DNA of 63,724 nt, filler included, from Welwitschia mirabilis (lineage: Eukaryota), in the NCBI GenBank assembly GCA_051453625.1. It is 4 parts of one record of this genome, joined end to end, with 100 filler letters (N's around TTAATTAATTAA, not from the genome) between each part and the next. Parts side by side here need not be neighbours in the genome. Positions count along the whole stretch, not along the records: positions 39,729 to 63,724 come from JBOZIK010000001.1; 3 more parts are not named here. The stretch is one strand, 5' to 3'. The position numbers and the translations under genes are program-made. This document shows, in pieces, positions 56,026-63,724 of this stretch. The notes beneath the pieces are model-generated. The model was not told the DNA's origin, did no database searches, and saw only the letters and a list, made by a program, of their open reading frames with translations. Numbering within the stretch: the stretch's first letter is position 1; the number at the start of each line of letters is the position of its first letter.

Positions 56026-57065
56026 ATGTTAGAAAGCTCATCTAGGAAAAGAGTAAAGGAGGCCATCTCTAGGGATCCTGCTTTCTTCTACTAAGGAATG
56101 TTAGAGGAAGATGTTGATAAGTTTACTAAGAAGTTTGAGAAGAAGATGTGCCAAGAGTAGTCTGTAATCACTTCAAAGCTCAAGGAACTCAGAGAAGTTA
56201 TCCAACTCTTAAGAGATTAAGATATTGACCATTTCTAAGATGTTTTTGATTTAGCTTATCCTTTTCTTACTAGAATGTTTTATTGTAATGCTTTTTTTGA
56301 TCTGATACTAGAACCCTTGAAACACTCATTTTGAAAAAGCATATAAGAATGATAGTAAATCTTATTTCAGAACTGACTGACCTTCCAAAAGGGGACTATG
56401 AAGAGTTTTAGCCTCTTTAGAACACCATGGAAGACAAGCTTGCTATTTCCAGAGAGCTTTGTAGTAAGGTTTATATTTGGAATCACACTTTATCTACTTC
56501 TTTGTTAACTCTAAAATACCACTTTATTCATTTGATTTTCACCTATAACTTCTTACTCTTGACTGGCCATGATGATGAAGCCTCCCACTATCAAGCTTAT
56601 TTGATGTATTTGGCAGGGACTAATCATTCCATTAATGCTTCTACCATAATATTGAAGAATATGATTTCACAACTAGAGTATCACAGAAATAGGGCTTTAC
56701 CCTATACTCTATGCTTATCATAAGCATTTATCACCATTTTCATATTACCTTTTACTCAAAATTGGAGACCCTCCAACCTATGGCACTAATTAGGTGTGCA
56801 ACCCTATCTCACATGCATATTTTTGTCCCTTCTAAAAAAATCTTTAAAATCTCCTTCTCTAAAGGTATCCTCTTCTAATGAGACCCTCTCATATCTGAGA
56901 TAGATTGACTTCCGTATCAAACACATGAAGGAAGTCCTTATTACAGCTGATTATAATATTATTAACACCTTAGCAGAGGCCACCAGTTTAGCTCACACAG
57001 CAAGTGAAGAAGAAAAGTCAGAAGAGGACCATGAAGAAGAAGAAGAAGAAAAGGAGTCTAATTAA
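56026..57065 (+). pseudogene. SIRE-1 env-like ORF with acidic tail
   Basis: MLESSSRKR...AYPFLTRMFYCN...LKYHFIHLIFTYNFLLLTGH...RALPYTLCLS...EEDHEEEEEEKESN*; includes ORF 56427-56723. Confidence 0.78.
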
Positions 57066-57679
57066 ATTTTTCAAATTATATTTTGTGTTCTCTTCTTTGT
57101 CATTAATGTTAAAAGGGGAATAATTAGTTGTGTGTATTATTTATGATTTCAATTGTATGTTCAAATTAGTTGTGTATTGTTTATGATTTAAGTTGCTCTT
57201 GATGAGCACTTCTAGTTTGTAATGCTTGTACTTTTACTTTGTAATGTTTGCTTATATCTTATGAAATGAACTTTTCTACTTCAGGACAAAATCTTGTTTC
57301 ATATAATATCCTAAATCTATTTGTGCTTTTTAAAATCATAAATGCTAAATATATTTTTCTTTTGGTATCTTAAGTGCCTCTCTTGAACAGATAAAATCTT
57401 CTAACATTGGAAATAAATTTCACATTGTGACATCTAATTCAAGGTTAAATACGTTTTACATGATCACATTATGTTTATCATAAAGTTATGCCCTTTTANN
57501 NNNNNNNNNGCATATTAACTTGCTTTATTTAGAGCATAAAATTTATTTGTTCAAAATGCTTTTACTTATTTCAAATGGAATATTATTTTGCAAATAGGCA
57601 TTTTGTAAGGGGGAGTTTTTCTAAGATTTCAAATTTTTCACAACTTATATTTTTTGCCATTAATGTCAAAGGGGGATAT

Positions 57680-59163
57680 TGTTAGATTATGTTTTAACAA
57701 TTAATGTTAAACTAATATTTTCTGTATAGCAAATTTTATTTATCTTATGCAGAATATGTTAAATTACTTATAGGTCCAAAGATGGAACTAAAATGATCAA
57801 ATTCTAAGCACTAAAAACCTATTAATTTACTTACCCTCAATATGGGGGTGACTAGATTTTCAAGAGGTTGACCGCACCTAAAGCAGATAGAAAAATGAAC
57901 TACATCTAAAGGGGTCAATCGAATTTTGATGAGGTCGACTAGACCTGTAACCTAGAAAAATAGTGTCCTTGAACCGAATGGAAAGGGTTCGACTAGACTT
58001 TTATGAGGTCAACTGGATTTGAGAACTTGAGAAATAGTACTCTTTGACTGAATGATAAGGGATCAACTAGACCTATGATGGGGTCAACCGGACCTGAGAA
58101 CTATATAGCTGATACGCCTGAACTGATTATCATGGGGTCGACTCAACACTTAAAGGGGATGACTAAACTCAATGTAGGAAACTAAAAAGAGATTTTATCA
58201 AAAGATTAGGCAACTAAATGAATAGCAAGTAACCAAATAGGGGTCAACCAGACCTAGATGGAATCGACCAGATAGGGAGCCATAAGAAATTGGGGTGACT
58301 GAATTTCTCACTTAGGTAACCTGTGTAACTCACAGCACCACACAGGATTGATTGGAGTTTTATGGGGTTGACCAAATAGAGTGGAAATAAAAATTTTAGA
58401 AATGTTATGTAGCCATCTGATAGTCGTTTTCTAGTTGTTTATAGCCATTGGAAGTGCATTTCATATGTAATAAACCCTAAAAGCATTCCATTATAAATAG
58501 TTAAGACATAGATGACCAAATAATTTTTTGGAACTATTTTTATTGGTAAAAATCTATTAGATCTGAAAGATCAAGNNNNNNNNNNNNNNNNNNNNNNNNN
58601 NNNNNNNNNNNNNNNNNNNNNNNNNNNNNNNNNNNNNNNNNNNNNNNNNNNNNNNNNNNNNNNNNNNNNNNNNNNNNNNNNNNNNNNNNNNNNNNNNNNN
58701 NNNNNNNNNNNNNNNNNNNNNNNNNNNNNNNNNNNNNNNNNNNNNNNNNNNNNNNNNNNNNNNNNNNNNNNNNNNNNNNNNNNNNNNNNNNNNNNNNNNN
58801 NNNNNNNNNNNNNNNNNNNNNNNNNNNNNNNNNNNNNNNNNNGAAAAGTTCATTCTAAATTTTACAGGTGGATCTAAAATACTTGATGGAGTAACAAAGA
58901 TCCAAGATCTAGCTTGAGGATAAGTTGATCATTGAGAGTGGAGTAAGGGGTTCCCTGAACCACTATAAATATGACTTGCATCAAATTGGTAATTTTGTGC
59001 TTTCAGTTTCTATTTCCTTACTTTTATTATTTTCTCTTATTATGCACTTTCTAGAGTACTTTATTTTTGTATGCAATTTTTTTCTAGATTAGATTCATTT
59101 AGAATATTTGTCAAATTTTTTAAAGAATCTACTCACCCCCCTCTAGGATTCTCGATCCTATCA
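57680..59163 (+). repeat. SIRE-1 3' LTR (TG...CA)
   Basis: PPT AAAGGGGGATA then TGTTAG; TATAAATA at 58492; end ACTCACCCCCCTCTAGGATTCTCGATCCTATCA. Confidence 0.9.
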
Positions 59164-60325
59164 ACATGGATAGAAGATGTAGGGCTGACAACAATACATG
59201 GATACATGTGGCACATGGTGTCATCCCTTATGTTATTTTCATGATATGTAGGATGACAACACTGCTAAAATGGATAGAAGCTATAGGGCTAACAGCAGGG
59301 CATGTAGGCATGTGGCACATGGTAATGTCCCCTATATCATCCTAATAACAAGTGGGACAATAGCTATTTTTTCATGTTCGGAAGAAATATCTTTGAAAAT
59401 GGGGTCAAGTGATCCATGTGGATTATCAGGATTTTGTTTTCCACCTTTAGGATTTTGCTTCTAGAACCTCAAATGCAAACCTTTAAATACCCTTTCCCTC
59501 ATTTATTTCTAGGACATCTTTTGTACCTAATACTTGTGATAGAGGATTGAAGGGTAAGATGTCCATCTAGAGCTATAGAAAGGAGTCTCCTTGGTGTTAG
59601 GCTAAGTTTCTTTCATTGAGGTGCTATTATTCTGTTTGTAAGTGGATGTTATGTTTTGAATACTTTTTGAATTAATATAATTTCTCTTTTCATTTCAATT
59701 CTGTGAATGTTCCTTATGTTTTACATTGATCATAATTTATTATAACAACTCTATGATTTATCTAGATCATAAGGGTAGCCTTTGTTAAAATTGATCTTGA
59801 TTAGTAGTAGATTTTCTATTCCATTTCAATTCCATATTGCATATTACATGTTTTTACTTGGATATATCTCGAAGTTTATATTGGCTAAGAACTACTTATA
59901 TGCTCTTCTTAATTGATATGAGTTATAGAGAAGGTAGTCTTTGTAACACAAGGACTAAGATCTAAGTAGAATCCATTTCAATTTCCATTCATTGCATTTT
60001 CATATCCATCCATATTGCATTGCTTTTNNNNNNNNNNNNNNNNNNNNNNNNNNNNNNNNNNNNNNNNNNNNNNNNNNNNNNNNNNNNNNNNNNNNNNNNN
60101 NNNNNNNNNNNNNNNNNNNNNNNNNNNTTATAGAGAAGGTAGTCTTTGTAACACAAGGACTAAGATCTAAGTAGAATTCATTTCCATTTCCATTCATTGC
60201 ATTTTCATATCCATTCATCTTGAATTGAATTTGCATTATTATTTACTTTTAATATTAAAAGACAAAAAACTAAAAATACCTTTGGAAATCAATTCTCTAA
60301 CTCTAAGTCTAGTGCCTTCATTGGG
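59164..60325 (+). repeat. Internal part of an Athila-A-related LTR
   Basis: 59440-60325 aligns to the reverse complement of ~24620-25330; ~104-bp tandem duplication at 59166-59365. Confidence 0.78.
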
Positions 60326-63300
60326 TGTTGGTGGCCTAAATTGCCACTTTAAAAGTAATTAATTCTTGAAATAATGAAATTGTAACTAGGCTTAGTATAA
60401 AGTGATTTAACCAACGAATGTCGTAATATAAAGAGCATAAGATAACATTCTAATCAAGCACATAAATAAAGAAGAATAAACACTTTAATTTCAATCCAAT
60501 GTTTGTAATTAATTTTATGTTTTNNNNNNNNNNNNNNNNNNNNNNNNNNNNNNNNNNNNNNNNNNNNNNNNNNNNNNNNNNNNNNNNNNNNNNNNNNNNN
60601 NNNNNNNNNNNNNNNNNNNNNNNAAATACCTTTGGAAATCAATTCTTAACTCTAAGTCTAGTGCCTTCATTGGGTGTTGGTGGCCTAAATTTCCACTTTA
60701 AAAGTAATTAATTCTTGAAATAATGAAATTGCAACTAGGCTTAGTATAAAGTGATTTAACCAACGAATGTCATAATATAAAGAGCATAAGATAACATTCT
60801 AATCAAGCACATAAATAAAGAAGAATAAAATACTTTAATTTCAATACAATGTTTGTAATTAATTTTATGTTTTTATAATGCAAAAAGTGAAATTGACAAT
60901 GCAACTATTATAATGTGTAATGCAAAAATGAAATAAAGATAAAATGCAAGCCTATGATAACCAAATTTCTAAGTTATTGTCATCCAACTTAGCCCTTATG
61001 ACCTATGTTTAATTTAGAATTAATCTAAAAAATAGCATTANNNNNNNNNNNNNNNNNNNNNNNNNNNNNNNNNNNNNNNNNNNNNNNNNNNNNNNNNNNN
61101 NNNNNNNNNNNNNNNNNNNNNNNNNNNNNNNNNNNNNNNNAGTATAATGTGCAATGCAAAAATGAAAGAAAGATAAAATGCAAGCCTATGATAACCAAAT
61201 TTCTAAGTTATTGTCACCCAACTCAGCCCTTATGACCTGTGTTTAATTTAGAATTAATCTAAAAAATAGCATTAGTTGAACTTCAACACAAATCATAAGA
61301 GAAATCATGAGAATTGAACAAGAAAGACAATTTATTAAATGAATTGAATGTCTTACAAATACCTCAACAAGGTAGTGACTCATCAATATTAGAAGCATAG
61401 TCTAATCACTAAGAATAATCTCTTCTATGATGCAATGGAATCTTAACGTCTTGGATGCCTTTGTTACTATTCCTCTAATGTTAAAAATATGATTAAATAA
61501 CGCTAAATGGGAGTTTTTATAGCTTCCCTAAGTTAGTTATGGATTAGGAAGTTTGGTATAGGCGAAGAGGTGTTATTAGATATAAAAGATCTTAATTGAC
61601 TCGTTAAGAAGAAGTTATGGCACTGTTGTGTTACTATCATTGTGGGGATGACATGTAACATGACAACCCTTCATCATCCAATCACAGCTCACCACGTTAA
61701 AAACTCATTGGAATTTGAATTCGAAAATTAACAAATAAGTTATCTCTTATGTCGTGGGGATGATACATGCCACAACAACCATACCAACACATCACATCAG
61801 CCTCACCAAGCTAGCCTCCATAAGCTTTCTTCAAATTCCTTTAACTTTGTTATCATGCCCTTTGTCGTGGGGATGACATTAGGAATGAAAATTATTTTGT
61901 TAGTCGTTTCCTCCACTTTTTGCTTCACTTTATTCCTTAGTTAAGTTCTTATTTTTCTAGATGAAAATATGACAATTAAGGTTATAATTGGATTGCTAGA
62001 TTAATTTATGACAAAATACCTGAAAATGATTAAATTGAGTTCCTATTACCTACAAAACATTGCAATTATGCTATTAAAACATGATAATTTTGGATTGTAA
62101 CATAGCCCTTCACCTAGCATTTTGTCAGTCCCTCGACAAACAAAGTGAAAGAGGACTTAATGATGCTAAATTACTAAGGAAAAAAACCTTAAAATCAAAT
62201 CAAAAGTTACATTGCATGTTTAGATAAACTAGTAATTTAAGATAAAAGAAANNNNNNNNNNNNNNNNNNNNNNNNNNNNNNNNNNNNNNNNNNNNNNNNN
62301 NNNNNNNNNNNNNNNNNNNNNNNNNNNNNNNNNNNNNNNNNNNNNNNNNNNTTTTCTAGATGAAAATATGACAATTAAGATCATAATTGAATTGCTAGAT
62401 CAATTTACAACAAAATGCCTGAAAATGATTAAATTAAGTTCTTGTTACCTACAAAACATTGCAATTATACTATTAAAACATGATAATTTAGGATTGTAAC
62501 ATAGCCCTCCACCTACCATTTTGTCAGTCCCTCAACAAACAAAGTGAAAGGGGACTTTACGATGCTAGATTACTAAGGAAAAAAAACCTCAAAATCAAAT
62601 CAAAAGTTACATTACATGTTTAGATAATCCGGTAATTTAAGATAAAATAAAGTCATCATCATTACATAAGTTTTAATTACCAGTTCCAAAAAACAATGTG
62701 CCTAAGTACAATGATATGAAAGAAACATAGTTTTTTATAAAAATTAGAACTACATCAACAATCATGGGTTCCTGTGTGAAGAAGACTAGAATTTAACNNN
62801 NNNNNNNNNNNNNNNNNNNNNNNNNNNNNNNNNNNNNNNNNNNNNNNNNNNNNNNNNNNNNNNNNNNNNNNNNNNNNNNNNNNNNNNNNNNNNNNNNNNN
62901 NNNNNNNNNNNNNNNNNNNNNNNNNNNNNNNNNNNNNNNNNNNNNNNNNNNNNNNNNNNNNNNNNNNNNGCTTCCTTCTACGAAGGACCTTCCATATGTT
63001 GAAATACTTAGGATTATCTTGAAGTATGTGCCAAAATGGTAGTGTGGCATTGACATCCTTCATGATTGTTTTGATGTACTCATCATAAGTTAGATTAGAG
63101 TTGAATCTATCTAACCAAGGGGTAAAATGTTTCTTCTTTTTTTTGATGATTCATTCTTATTGATTGAAGTGGAAGTGAAAGGAAGGTGTGTCTCATCAAG
63201 GATTTCTACATCTTCATCTTTTTTNNNNNNNNNNNNNNNNNNNNNAGATGGCTCTTCAAGTGTAGTAGTAGTACCTCTTTGAGTGACTACCTTCTAATCT

Positions 63301-63724
63301 TTCTTTACATCATTGGGGTTAGGAAATATCTTTGAAGCTAATGTGCCTTGTGGTCTTTTGTTAGCTAACATAATTTGTTGCATAATTCCAGTTAAATCTT
63401 GTATACTTTTTTTTATGTTTTCTCAATACTCTTATGTGTTCATTCATGGATGCTTCTTATCTCTATTATAACTTTCTTAATTGGGTCCTTCTTGTGTTAA
63501 TTGTATTCTTCATATCTTAGGTTATATAATTGTTTAAAGGAGGGTTTATACTCAAGTTTGAAAGAAGGACCTGATTGATGATAAGACTTTTTCTTACTAT
63601 GGTAAGATCCTTTGTAATGATTAGGATCTGATTAATTTACATAGCATACTTCTTCCCTTACTACTTCCTTCATAGTTTGTAAAAATGGGCATTCAATCAA
63701 TAAGGGATTTTTTTTACATAATTC
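60326..63724 (-). mobile_element. Athila-C: gag C-terminal region, short 3' region, PPT and 3' LTR (60326-62102), nested in the preceding LTR
   Basis: Minus GGGACTGACAAAATGCTAGGTGAAGGGCTA then TGTTACAATCC; LTR end ...GGCCACCAACA at 60326; ORF 62755-63063 LPFWHILQDNPKYF resembles Athila-A FPFWKLLQENPKYS. Confidence 0.72.

Larger units (their letters stand above)
52453..59163 (+). mobile_element. SIRE-1 pol-less/env-plus element(s): gag, PR, fused RNaseH tail, env-like ORF, multi-PPT, 3' LTR
   Basis: gag (IPKRFEPKIIAIKES, CYSCKGFSHMANKC), PR (*YLGSDCLKHMS, VLYVNGLKHNLLSISQLCD), no IN/RT motifs before the env-like ORF; PPTs at ~57111, ~57607 and ~57668. Confidence 0.85.

Noticed and set aside
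57845-58380. Semi-regular palindromic GGGGTCGACC(A/G)GAC repeats with variable spacers (also 3075-3590 and 28835-29160), superficially CRISPR-like
   Set aside because: Short, degenerate, inside LTR U3 regions, spacers homologous between LTR copies, no cas genes; typical Sirevirus LTR repeat motifs

Overview
AT-rich plant-type genomic scaffold with many N-gaps, made almost entirely of old, nested, heavily C>T/G>A-decayed LTR retrotransposons. I found no intact host gene, RNA gene or CRISPR array. Recognisable by eye are two Sirevirus (Ty1/copia SIRE/Maximus) families (my labels SIRE-1 and SIRE-2), several Athila-type Ty3/gypsy elements, a Tekay/Del-like gag-only element and a short copia-type LTR. 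The most notable observation concerns SIRE-1, which occurs in two reciprocal forms with related LTRs and 3' regions: one carries RT-RNaseH but no env-like ORF (1-4372); the other lacks IN/RT/RNaseH, fuses gag-protease in frame to the RNaseH tail, and keeps the env-like ORF (52.5-59.2 kb; same fusion at 25.8 kb). SIRE-2 shows the same pol-less, env-retaining layout with a different breakpoint. All alignments, identities and family assignments were made by eye, boundaries are approximate, and gap-flanking duplications show the assembly stitches paralogous copies.
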